Part shown: piece by piece, positions 23,845-33,243 of the stretch
Layout: each line of letters begins with the position of its first letter
Numbering within the stretch: position 1 is the first letter of the stretch
IMG/VR virus record: IMGVR_UViG_3300046804_004994
Location: 2,929-66,928 of that record
From: a virus
Direction: 5' to 3' (one strand)
DNA: 64,000 nt
Position numbers and translations under genes: made by a program
Notes under the pieces: generated by a model
Seen by the model: the letters and a program-made list of their open reading frames with translations, nothing else
Database searches by the model: none
What the model was told of the DNA's origin: nothing

Positions 23845-24237
23845 TTATACTTGGTTTCTTATATCATTTAAGATAATTCCAACAAATTCTGGTTTAATAA
23901 CTTTTAAAATATCTCCAGGCTTAGGTATTTGAGTAGGATTAATAATTTTATTTGTGAGTGCAATGAGCCACCACAAATACTGCGTACCGTATATGCGGTA
24001 ACTTATTGTGGTCCAGGGATATTGCTTGCTTATTCTGTAATATTCAAAAACATCTTCGCTTACATCTGAAGGAATACTTATCTTTGTTAAAATATTGTAG
24101 AAATAATAGATATTATTCGGGGATGAATCTGTATTTGATATAGGTTTAATAGCTTCAAATACATGGAAAATATTCTCATATCTTTCTTGTGATAATTTTG
24201 GTAAATCTTTGATATCATTTTGTTTATTAATTTTCAT
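23845..24237 (-). CDS. gp53: Baseplate wedge subunit, gp53-like (LysM-like)
   Basis: WTTISYRIYGTQYLWWLIALTNKIINP motif. Confidence 0.85.
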   Translation of the reverse strand: MKINKQNDIKDLPKLSQERYENIFHVFEAIKPISNTDSSPNNIYYFYNILTKISIPSDVSEDVFEYYRISKQYPWTTISYRIYGTQYLWWLIALTNKIINPTQIPKPGDILKVIKPEFVGIILNDIRNQV

Positions 24238-25205
24238 TTGTCTTTAACAAAAACCATTATGTTTCCTTTTTTCTCTGTTGCAGCTACGTTTTTATCCGCG
24301 CGCATATAGTTATTAGCTTCTCTAGTTAGCGGCTGTAGTGTAATATTTATCATGAATGCATCAGGAACCAAATCGCCACCCATTAAACGTTTAGTGCCTA
24401 TATGTTCTACACTCATATTTCTTACAAACACCCATGGATATACGGCTACGCCAGGTTGAACCACTTTATAGATTGCAGGTGGTTCAGAAAGTATTTTATC
24501 TTTTCTTGAAGGTTTATTCATTATCACAAATCTACGAATAAATTCAAGATTTTTTGAATATGCTCCTTCAGTTAATGTGTTTAAAAGCGGAAACGACACA
24601 GAAATCTCTTTAGGATCTGATAAAAAATTATAAAAACGAGGCCTTTCAATATAAACACCTGGTTGTGCTAACGCTGGTATATTTTCAAATGCTGAAGATA
24701 CTGTTTCTATCCCTTTGACAATTTCCGCGCTCCATGAACTATTACCTTGATATGATTCTGAAAATTGATTTTCCGCGTTATAAAATTCTTTTGAAAAGTA
24801 TGGAAATCTATACGTAATATTTGTAGGCGTTACTTGATATAGTTCTGTATATGGTTCTAATGGATCTGTAGAGCCTGCAGATCCTTGTTTAGAGCCTGCA
24901 GATCCTTGTTGTTGGCCGGTAATAGTATCAGCTAATTTGCCTAATATTTTCCTTATAGCATCTTTATTTGCTTGCAATAAATCCGATTTTGAATTCCAAA
25001 TCGATTTTAAATATGCTTCGACACTACTACTTTTAATTCTACTTTCTATTAATTCAATATATGGAATTTGTTCATTACTTTGATTAAACGCTTTCTTATT
25101 TTCAGAAAATGTCCAATCATAGTCTTCAACGATATTAAATGCTCCTTGATTAGTTGGAGTGTCTATCGGTTTTGCGGATTTGTTAGAAGGAGGAGATGTT
25201 GCCAT
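24234..25205 (-). CDS. Baseplate/tail-tube cap (gp48-like)
   Basis: Tube-fold-like pattern (ISVSFPLLNT, PPAIYKV, FVRNMSV); position between tape measure and gp53. Confidence 0.5.
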   Translation of the reverse strand: MATSPPSNKSAKPIDTPTNQGAFNIVEDYDWTFSENKKAFNQSNEQIPYIELIESRIKSSSVEAYLKSIWNSKSDLLQANKDAIRKILGKLADTITGQQQGSAGSKQGSAGSTDPLEPYTELYQVTPTNITYRFPYFSKEFYNAENQFSESYQGNSSWSAEIVKGIETVSSAFENIPALAQPGVYIERPRFYNFLSDPKEISVSFPLLNTLTEGAYSKNLEFIRRFVIMNKPSRKDKILSEPPAIYKVVQPGVAVYPWVFVRNMSVEHIGTKRLMGGDLVPDAFMINITLQPLTREANNYMRADKNVAATEKKGNIMVFVKDK

Positions 25206-25206
25206 A

Positions 25207-27186
25207 TTATGCTATTACCCCGTTAAATGGTGATCTGACGTTAGCGCCTATTAAATTTAAAGCGTCGAGATATCGTTTTTTTGTTAAAGAATTTCCACTG
25301 TCATATGCGTTTTCGTATTTGCTTGCATCAAACGATGATGAATTGTCATTTACATTTATTTGTCGAGGCAAATATTGTAAATATTCAGCAATTTTATCTA
25401 ATTTTATACCATTTGATTGAAGTTGTGTAAGTTGATTACCCATAATCGCTAATTGCACTTTTGCAATTTCAGCAACTTTTACAAGTGTAGGGCTTTCAAT
25501 TGTAATATTTGGTTGTGATACTTGCGCCGTACCGGGTTTTGCTGAAGATGTTTGATCAGACTGTTTGTCACCTTTAACAAACTTTTTAGCGGCTTCCCAC
25601 GCAGCACCTAACTTCTTTGGAATCTCAGAAATATAATCTTTGAACCATCCTATAACCTTTCCAACAATCTTGCTAATCTCTTTAAATGCGTTACTAATAC
25701 TATCAATAACACTGTTGGCAATTGGTGATATTTCATTCATTATTTCATTAAATTTATCACCTTTGAAAAAGTTTAAAATTATATTACCTATATTTTTGAA
25801 GATATTTGCTACGGTATCTATAACAGTCTTAAAAGCACCTTTAATGTTACTCCATATACCGGCCCAATTTATCTCTTCAATAAATTTCCATATACCGTCA
25901 AACACATCTGTAACGTCACCCCATAGACCAGCCCAATCTATCTCTTTAATAAACTCCCATATACCTTTAAACATATCTTTAACACCGCCCCATAGACCAC
26001 TCCATAGACCGGCCCAATCTATCTCTTCAATAAATTTCCATATACCGTCAAACACATCTGTAACGTCGCCCCATAGACCAGCCCAATCTATCTCTTTAAT
26101 AAACTCCCATATACCTTTAAACACATCTTTAACACTATTCCATACACTAGACCAATCGATTTTTTTGATAAAGTCAATAACATAGTTGAATCCATCTTTA
26201 ATACTTGACAATATTCCTTTTGCCGCATCACCTAATTTTTTACCAATATCTTTTAAAATATCCATTTTTTTAGCAGATGCTGTTGCATTTGACCCACCAG
26301 CTTTATAATCTAAATACGCATTTAATAAATCTAAGCCTAATGATAATGTAAATCCTAATCCTGGTACCGCTAGGTCTAATAACCCTGCTAATGCTGATAA
26401 CACTTCTATTGTACCACCGACTGTATCACCATTTTTAAACCGTTGGATAGCAAAACCAATACCAATAATGCTGCCAATAATAGGTATTCTTTTGGCTAAT
26501 CTCTTTACTATTGAACCCAGCACTTTTAAAATTGGTTTTAAAGCTTCACTTTTTAAACCAGTTTTAACCAACGATTTTATAATCCCTCCGTCAAATGCTC
26601 CAAACAATTTAAATAAAACGCTAGTAGCATTTTTAAGTATACTAGTTCCGCCTTTGAGTCCTATCTTACCAATTACCTCTAAAGCACCTTTAAATTTGCC
26701 ATTTGTACCGAATGCAGCTAAAGTAGATAATAATCCACCAATTGCAATTAACCCGTCAATTGAAAATAAATTTCCTAGTCCAGATCCAGATATTTTTTTT
26801 GAATCACTCTCTGATCGAGTAATAGCACCAGATTCTTTAGACTTATCCTTTGTTGTTGGTGGTTTACTGTCTATTTGTTCTACTTTTTTTTGCTGGTCTA
26901 TATATTGCTTTTCTATAATTGATGCAATCTTAGAAAGATTTTGCGGCAATTTAGTTACATCTGCAAATATTTTAAAAATTTCACGGTATCTTGATGTTTC
27001 TGGAGAAGTAAGTTTACTTTGTTTAGATCTATCTTCTCTTTCTTTGTTTTTTTCATCTTGAACATCACCGTACTTATCACCACTGTAATCATCCAACATG
27101 ATTCCTGTCTTCTCAGCAAGATCTTTAACAGCCTTGTTGAGAGCAGCCATAAAATTAATAACATTTGTTTGAACAGCGTCAGCCAT
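25207..27186 (-). CDS. Tape-measure-like protein
   Basis: 659 aa; KRIPIIGSIIGIGFA hydrophobic segment; Trp/Phe-periodic ~23-aa repeats. Confidence 0.65.
   Translation of the reverse strand: MADAVQTNVINFMAALNKAVKDLAEKTGIMLDDYSGDKYGDVQDEKNKEREDRSKQSKLTSPETSRYREIFKIFADVTKLPQNLSKIASIIEKQYIDQQKKVEQIDSKPPTTKDKSKESGAITRSESDSKKISGSGLGNLFSIDGLIAIGGLLSTLAAFGTNGKFKGALEVIGKIGLKGGTSILKNATSVLFKLFGAFDGGIIKSLVKTGLKSEALKPILKVLGSIVKRLAKRIPIIGSIIGIGFAIQRFKNGDTVGGTIEVLSALAGLLDLAVPGLGFTLSLGLDLLNAYLDYKAGGSNATASAKKMDILKDIGKKLGDAAKGILSSIKDGFNYVIDFIKKIDWSSVWNSVKDVFKGIWEFIKEIDWAGLWGDVTDVFDGIWKFIEEIDWAGLWSGLWGGVKDMFKGIWEFIKEIDWAGLWGDVTDVFDGIWKFIEEINWAGIWSNIKGAFKTVIDTVANIFKNIGNIILNFFKGDKFNEIMNEISPIANSVIDSISNAFKEISKIVGKVIGWFKDYISEIPKKLGAAWEAAKKFVKGDKQSDQTSSAKPGTAQVSQPNITIESPTLVKVAEIAKVQLAIMGNQLTQLQSNGIKLDKIAEYLQYLPRQINVNDNSSSFDASKYENAYDSGNSLTKKRYLDALNLIGANVRSPFNGVIA
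25860..26135. repeat. Near-identical ~125-bp direct repeat (150-bp period) inside the tape-measure gene
   Basis: ggcccaat..atctcttcaataaatttccatataccgtcaaacacatctgtaacgtc at 25861 and again at 26011. Confidence 0.9.
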
Positions 27187-27207
27187 ATGTTATTATTTAG
27201 TGGTAAA

Positions 27208-27936
27208 TTATTCTTTAGTAAAAAATTGCACGTCAATTGTTATTGGTTCGTCTTGCAATGTTAAGTATTTTTCTTCTAATTCACGAATTGATTGAATATA
27301 ATTAAGAATCAACTGATTGAAATTTGCAGGTAACGATTCTACAACGGTAGCGCGTTGCTGTATTGACAATTCATCAAAATTTACGGTTTCTTCTGTTTCG
27401 CCTTGATGAATACTTAACGTTTTAATAAATTTTACAATTTCGTAAATATATAAATTGCTAGCGATAACGTTGATACCATCTTCTGTTGTCTTATGTGCAG
27501 ATATTAACACGTTATTAATTGCTATATCTTCATCTATTGTAGGAATTTTAACTTCTGCGGAAATAATATCTTTATATGTTAATTTTTGTTGAAACGGTAC
27601 ATTTATTGTCAATGTTTTAGATAAAATTGGTGTAATATCTTTATCTTTATAGATATTTCCGAACGCTTGCACACGGCTTGCTACAATTAATGGTAACTTA
27701 TCTATTACAAGTAATTGACAGTCTTTGCAATTATTCTTTAAAATATGGTTAATTGCGTTACTTACCAAGATTCCGGAAATATTTCCTTCTAACCCTGATT
27801 TAATAATTTCTTTTTGCTGTTTTACAGATAAAGGTAACATGCTTACACTTTTATTAGTAGAAGGTATTACAGCAGATACTGTATTTAAACTATTTACTTC
27901 TTGTATCTTAGTTAAAATTGAAGTGATATTAGACAT
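27208..27936 (-). CDS. Baseplate hub assembly protein (gp26-like)
   Basis: IPSTNKSVSMLPLSVKQQKEII motif; ends in FF; precedes tape measure. Confidence 0.7.
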   Translation of the reverse strand: MSNITSILTKIQEVNSLNTVSAVIPSTNKSVSMLPLSVKQQKEIIKSGLEGNISGILVSNAINHILKNNCKDCQLLVIDKLPLIVASRVQAFGNIYKDKDITPILSKTLTINVPFQQKLTYKDIISAEVKIPTIDEDIAINNVLISAHKTTEDGINVIASNLYIYEIVKFIKTLSIHQGETEETVNFDELSIQQRATVVESLPANFNQLILNYIQSIRELEEKYLTLQDEPITIDVQFFTKE

Positions 27937-27944
27937 ATTTGTAT

Positions 27945-28790
27945 TTAGCTATGTGGTTGTGAGTTTTCAATCATTTTGTTTTCTTCTTTTTTATCTTCAA
28001 TATACATATCAATAAACAATTGAGTTTCTGCAGGGGTGTGCATATAAAAACCATCAGAAGTTATGCCAATTTTTGACATGCACCAAAAATATATCTTGTA
28101 AAAATTAAATAAATCTTCAGAAAATATAGTCTTTATAAAATAAAATAGTTTGTTACCAAATGGTGTTAGTATTACCTGTTTTATTCCAGCATTACTATTA
28201 GCTGCAATAATTATTTTGTCTTCACACGTTAATGACACTTCATCAATAAACGATAAAATATCATTTATTACATGAGCTGGTAGATTATCCACTATTTCAA
28301 TCTCATCTGTAACTGAAATATCGTTATCAAATAATGTACAACTTATAATTGTATTCATAGATATGTGGTCTATATCTTTTGAATACATTTTTCTTGGAAT
28401 GCCTACTGTTATATTACCTAAGCCACCTAAATCTATATTTTTTTTAATATTAAATTCTTGCAACGGTTGTGCAAACCTATCCAAAATTGAATGTAATAAT
28501 ATACTCACTGATACCTGTGTGTCTATACTATTAAATTTGATTGTGTTTCCTACACAAATAGACCGCAGATTTAATAAAATGAAAAATTTATCAATATTTG
28601 TTAATAAACTAAATATAGTTTTATCAATTAAAAGTTCATATATTAAAGAATCAAAGTATTCAGCTAACCCTTCATCGTCAGAATTAGCAATATACTTACA
28701 AATGATTTCCATTTGTTTGTTAACTAACTCATTATACTTTATATTTTTATTTAAAACTGGAAGATATTGAACAATTTCAAATGTTCTCAT
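27945..28790 (-). CDS. Baseplate hub/tail assembly chaperone (gp26/gp51-like)
   Basis: DKFFILLNLRSICVG and C-terminal TPAETQLFIDMY motifs. Confidence 0.6.
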   Translation of the reverse strand: MRTFEIVQYLPVLNKNIKYNELVNKQMEIICKYIANSDDEGLAEYFDSLIYELLIDKTIFSLLTNIDKFFILLNLRSICVGNTIKFNSIDTQVSVSILLHSILDRFAQPLQEFNIKKNIDLGGLGNITVGIPRKMYSKDIDHISMNTIISCTLFDNDISVTDEIEIVDNLPAHVINDILSFIDEVSLTCEDKIIIAANSNAGIKQVILTPFGNKLFYFIKTIFSEDLFNFYKIYFWCMSKIGITSDGFYMHTPAETQLFIDMYIEDKKEENKMIENSQPHS

Positions 28791-29461
28791 TCCTTTATTT
28801 TATATGTGTAAGACGTAAATGTCCAATTAACTGTTCGGATATTTACATCTTCAGCAATATAACTAAGTCCAAGTTGTTCTATTCCTGTTGGTACACAATT
28901 AAAAAAATTATGAACTTTTCTCACTGGTCTCGCTTTAATTCCATCTGTTCGAGTAAATTGAACAATTTGAATATTACATTTAATCGATTCACTAGCAGTG
29001 CGGGCCAGCAATCCGCGATATCCCGCAGTGATTATCCAAGGTCTAATAATTCCGTCGATAAAGTCTAAGTTAGTTTCTAATACTTCTGTACTAAGCTGGC
29101 GATTGTTTATACCTTGTCTATCTCCACCTGCAGTACCTTTTAAAAATCCTGCTTGATTTTCTACACCTGCTTCGACTGGAGATATGGACTCCCCAGGAAT
29201 GTTAATTTTTTGAATGTATATTAGACCTATACCATCCGCATTTGGTTGGACACGCTCAGAAAAGATGGTTTGCTGAACAATGGGTGGAACTGCAAATCCA
29301 TTCTTATCTAAAGTTGTATCCGCTCCAATATTTTTAAGTAGCCCGGGGATGGATCCGCCACCAATTGGACTAATTGTCATAATCCACTGGGTTTGCAATG
29401 GGACGCTATATTCCCATTGACCAATTGTAAGTAAAAAGTGTTCGCGTGGTGACGAAGGCAT
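28787..29461 (-). CDS. Tail tube-like protein (gp19/gp54 family)
   Basis: INIPGES...ETN...IRPW...FFNCVPT...VNWTF tube-fold pattern. Confidence 0.65.
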   Translation of the reverse strand: MPSSPREHFLLTIGQWEYSVPLQTQWIMTISPIGGGSIPGLLKNIGADTTLDKNGFAVPPIVQQTIFSERVQPNADGIGLIYIQKINIPGESISPVEAGVENQAGFLKGTAGGDRQGINNRQLSTEVLETNLDFIDGIIRPWIITAGYRGLLARTASESIKCNIQIVQFTRTDGIKARPVRKVHNFFNCVPTGIEQLGLSYIAEDVNIRTVNWTFTSYTYKIKE

Positions 29462-29569
29462 GTAATTATTTATGTTTAAGAAATGAGTACACGTAATGTG
29501 ATCTTTAGTCGTAAGGATACACTTTAGCTTTTAAATATTTTTTCAAATTTTAATTAAAATTCCAATCAT

Positions 29570-29735
29570 CTGATAACTACCGATAACAGGAATGGAGCTA
29601 AGGTAAGACCAGAAGAGACCTCCAAGGTTTCTGAAGGCGTTGGCGATGAAGTTCTTAAAAAGACGAATGTGCGAAAGTATATTCTGAATCCAGCGGGTTA
29701 AAGACCTGTTGGTAGTTCATTACATGCCATGTATT
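29570..29735 (+). ncRNA. TnpB omegaRNA (IS200/IS605/IS607 right end)-like structured RNA, no tnpB ORF nearby
   Basis: Stems with G-U pairs valid only on the plus strand: 29614-21/29625-32, 29597-601/29640-44, 29665-72/29677-84 (GAAA loop), 29690-98/29704-12. Long-range pair AACTACC 29575-81 / GGTAGTT 29711-17. Ends ...GGTAGTTCA, like tnpB element right ends. Confidence 0.7.
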
Positions 29736-30309
29736 AAGCTATTGCTGCCGGTGGTGAAAGCGGTGGATTAGTTACGCGCTCGTAAAAATGATAAGCTATT
29801 GTTGTTGTAAACGTTTTAAGTGCACCTGTACCATCAGCCATTTGATATTCAATTGGACTTACCGTGCGAATTGAACATCCAATTAATTTGTATTGAGCTA
29901 CTTGCTTAAGTCTTGGATCTAATTGCGCAAGGGTGATTACAGATGAGCGTGTAGGCGTGTCATAAAATCCTGTACTCGTACGATCATCAAATGTTAAATA
30001 TGATAAGTTTTCAAATTTTTGTCTAATATCTGAAGCTTCGTCACAATACCATTCAATACTATACCCGTTACTACCAGTATAAGTTACTGCACCTGGCAAG
30101 TTAAACGTCATTCCCATGTATTTTGCTTCTACATTAGTGATATCTCTACCAGGTAGTGAAGCAGTTCTTGCATAAATCAATTCAGATTCATTAAAATTTA
30201 TAGGTGGCTGTACATCACCAAAATCCATACCAATTAATCTAAAAAGAAAATCTCTAGAAAATTGACGGGTTTGTATCTGTTGGAAGAAATCTCTAATAGT
30301 CTGTGCCAT
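29734..30309 (-). CDS. gp19: Tail tube protein (gp19-like)
   Basis: ARTASLPG...YMGMTFNLPG...WYCDE...VITLAQLD...FTTTIAY. Confidence 0.85.
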   Translation of the reverse strand: MAQTIRDFFQQIQTRQFSRDFLFRLIGMDFGDVQPPINFNESELIYARTASLPGRDITNVEAKYMGMTFNLPGAVTYTGSNGYSIEWYCDEASDIRQKFENLSYLTFDDRTSTGFYDTPTRSSVITLAQLDPRLKQVAQYKLIGCSIRTVSPIEYQMADGTGALKTFTTTIAYHFYERVTNPPLSPPAAIA

Positions 30310-30351
30310 AATGAAATTATTTATTCATCTAACATAATTTATTTTATATTT

Positions 30352-32640
30352 TTATACAACATTTAGTGTTAACGTGCAGGCTCCACCAGCGCATGCAGTA
30401 GCACCCGTTTGGTCAATATCTTGAGTATATTCATTTTCTTCCACTACATCAGACCAATCAATCTCTTTATATTCACGATGTAAATCGCACCATGTTTTCC
30501 ATAGATATACATGTTTCAAACAATATGACATTCGTGTAATATCATCTGCAAAATACTTATTAGCAAATTTTATAGCCTGTTCTAGCCAGTTTTTACGAAT
30601 TTTAAATATCTTATGTGTAATATTCGTACTAGCATCCCACGGTTTGCTTAAATATCCTTCAAGAGATATAACATCTCTGTTTAATAATACATTACAAGCT
30701 TTCCATAAGTTGTTTTCAAATGCTTGCAACCCTTCTACAACCACCCCGCTTGCAAAGATACTTGCATCACCATATTCTTTAACAATTTCTTTCGGCGTCA
30801 AGATTGTAGAAAACGGTGCTTGAGCATAATCTAAATCACCTGAATACGGTAGTAAAGATATGCCTGCGAACCATTCCCTGTTTTTATAAATATATTTTTC
30901 TACTTCATCCCATTCTTCAGGTTTGACTGTAATAGTATTAGAAACATTGTGACGAGAACGTTTATTTATACATAAATCAATATTTGTACCATGTTCAACC
31001 CAATTTTGTTGCGTGAGTTTTACTTTTTCTAAGAATTCTATAGCGCTAATTTGATTTTTAGTTATAGAACCTTCAGGAACTTCACACAAAAAGCTAATAA
31101 CAACATCAGTGTTATTGCTAGACCATACACTTTCTTCAACCGCCAATGGGTTAATTTTTTGAAATAGTTGTGCAGGAAATTCTAACTTATTTGCTTGTAC
31201 TCGCCGGATATACCTTCTTGCATGATGAACATGAATACCTGAACTTGTTCCAAGAATACAACTTACAGAGCCTTCCGGTTTTAAACAACATGTACGTGCT
31301 GCAGGATTTATACCCAATAATTTAGCAATATTTTGATTAACTTGCTTGATAAGTTTAGCACCTTTACGTTGTATTGCAGCGTCTAATAAGATTTCTGGTG
31401 AATCCATTACGCCAGTCATAGAACATCCTAATAAAGCTTCTCTTTCAGTGATTTCTTTTGTCTCTGGTGACAAATAACTGAAATTTGTGTATCCTGCTTG
31501 AATTGTGCCTAAAATAGCAGATGCTTTACATGCATCTAAGAAATCTTGTTCAGTTTTGATTTTTTTGCCATTCATTGAACATAAATTACAAAATTGTACA
31601 CCCTGTCTACCATCTAAAGTGAGTGGATACAGTGCAATTTCTACACAAGGATTGTAACCGATATCTTCATCATCTACCCAAATAAATCCAGGTTCGCCAA
31701 AATGACGCGTGCATTCCATTAATTTATGAAATTGTTCTTTTGTAACACTACCTCTTAGTAAGGCAGCTGAATTGTTGCTACGAGCACGTTGAGGGTTTGT
31801 TCCAAACCAGTCTCCTGTCTTTGCATTTGCCATTTCATCATCATCTAATGAAAAGATAGAAATGGTTGCAGATCTTCGTACACCACCTGAAAGAACCGCA
31901 TCACTACTATGCATAATAATATCATAAGCATCAATTGGACGAAGTTTTCCTGCGAATTTATCTGTTAAATATCCATCACTGTTAAGCCGTGTTTCAATTA
32001 CTTTCTTAATTTTTTCTAATGCTCGTAATAATCCTTTCGGACCCGGAGCTTTAAAACCTCCAGTGATTAATGCACCTTCAGGTCGAATTAAACTACCGTC
32101 AAATGTAATGTCGTATCTATTATATTCTTTAAATTCATTCAATGGTTCAGCAAAATATGAATTTAATAATGCGCCAACTGCATTGGCCCACCCTTCAATA
32201 CTATCTTCAATAACAAATGTTTTAGGTGTATTATTATGTGCAATAATTTGCGGAAGTTGGGTGACGTGCTTTTTTTGTACCGAGAATCCTACACCACAAC
32301 CGCATAGTAATAAAAACATTACTTCTTGAAAGACTCGAGGACGTGCAATGTGTGTAAATGCGCAATTGTAAATTTTAGATTCATGCTTTAAAATTGATTT
32401 TCCGCCAAATTGTAAAGCTCTTTGAGAGCCTAGCACTTTCTTTTCACGCACCATTTTCTTTGCAAATTCAAATGCTTCCATCATCTCTGGTGATTCTGTT
32501 ATTTTATCACCGTACTTTGTAATGTGCATGTTAAATACTCTGTCTACTGTTTCATTCCATGTTTCTCTACGCTTCTTTTCTGGTATATATTTTGCATAAC
32601 GAGCGTATGCAGTGTAATCTTGTAAAGCTTTTAATGACAT
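30352..32640 (-). CDS. nrdJ: Class II (adenosylcobalamin-dependent) ribonucleotide reductase
   Basis: RRETWNETVDRV, YNCAF, GCGVGFSV, SGGVRRSA, NPCVEI, KPEGS, C-terminal ACAGGAC. Confidence 0.92.
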   Translation of the reverse strand: MSLKALQDYTAYARYAKYIPEKKRRETWNETVDRVFNMHITKYGDKITESPEMMEAFEFAKKMVREKKVLGSQRALQFGGKSILKHESKIYNCAFTHIARPRVFQEVMFLLLCGCGVGFSVQKKHVTQLPQIIAHNNTPKTFVIEDSIEGWANAVGALLNSYFAEPLNEFKEYNRYDITFDGSLIRPEGALITGGFKAPGPKGLLRALEKIKKVIETRLNSDGYLTDKFAGKLRPIDAYDIIMHSSDAVLSGGVRRSATISIFSLDDDEMANAKTGDWFGTNPQRARSNNSAALLRGSVTKEQFHKLMECTRHFGEPGFIWVDDEDIGYNPCVEIALYPLTLDGRQGVQFCNLCSMNGKKIKTEQDFLDACKASAILGTIQAGYTNFSYLSPETKEITEREALLGCSMTGVMDSPEILLDAAIQRKGAKLIKQVNQNIAKLLGINPAARTCCLKPEGSVSCILGTSSGIHVHHARRYIRRVQANKLEFPAQLFQKINPLAVEESVWSSNNTDVVISFLCEVPEGSITKNQISAIEFLEKVKLTQQNWVEHGTNIDLCINKRSRHNVSNTITVKPEEWDEVEKYIYKNREWFAGISLLPYSGDLDYAQAPFSTILTPKEIVKEYGDASIFASGVVVEGLQAFENNLWKACNVLLNRDVISLEGYLSKPWDASTNITHKIFKIRKNWLEQAIKFANKYFADDITRMSYCLKHVYLWKTWCDLHREYKEIDWSDVVEENEYTQDIDQTGATACAGGACTLTLNVV

Positions 32641-32730
32641 ATTGTGTTCTTATTTATAGATTATATTTCAAGACGTTCAACTCTATATTTAAATTATTTT
32701 CAGTGTTAACTATTGTGTATCAACCACTTA

Positions 32731-33195
32731 TCACTCCCATGGAAATGTTATCCAAGTATCTTTAGAAATTTCATCAATATAAAAATCTGGCACGTGTTTG
32801 GTACCCTCTTTAGTATACAAGGCAGCTGTTCTAAATTGCAATGTCGGATTTTGAGAATAAATATACTTACTAAATTTAATTGTTGATAACACTTCTTGAA
32901 AAGTTCTACCAGTGTCAGATAAATCATCAACAATTAATATGCTTGTATGATGAAAAGATGCGAGTTCTCTAACACCGTCTTGATATACATGTGGATATTC
33001 TCTTTTATTTTCATCTGTATATGTTCGTATACCATGTGAAATAACCGAGCATTTGAATAATTTTCCTAAAATAATTGCTGGTACCAATCCACCTGTTGCT
33101 ATTCCTAGTATAGCAGTAGGAGCAAATCCAGAATCTTTTATTTTATTAAAGAGTTGAACAGTATTGGCGTGTACGTCATACCATGATAATTTCAT
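32731..33195 (-). CDS. Type I phosphoribosyltransferase (xanthine/guanine PRT-like)
   Basis: GIATGGLVPA, PRPP-binding LIVDDLSDTGRT, C-terminal WITFPWE. Confidence 0.9.
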   Translation of the reverse strand: MKLSWYDVHANTVQLFNKIKDSGFAPTAILGIATGGLVPAIILGKLFKCSVISHGIRTYTDENKREYPHVYQDGVRELASFHHTSILIVDDLSDTGRTFQEVLSTIKFSKYIYSQNPTLQFRTAALYTKEGTKHVPDFYIDEISKDTWITFPWE

Positions 33196-33243
33196 AATGA
33201 TATTTTATCATGGTTCCATTAAAAAGCCATCTAATATTATGAC

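Noticed and set aside
25640-27264. Long antisense ORFs (181 and 197 aa) over the tape-measure gene, and 42912-43565 over the acidic protein
   Set aside because: They mirror the codon bias of the real genes and have no motifs or start signals.
29462-29733. tRNA or complete IS element in the intergenic gap
   Set aside because: No cloverleaf or T-loop consensus, and no transposase or TnpB ORF; only the right-end RNA-like part is supported.
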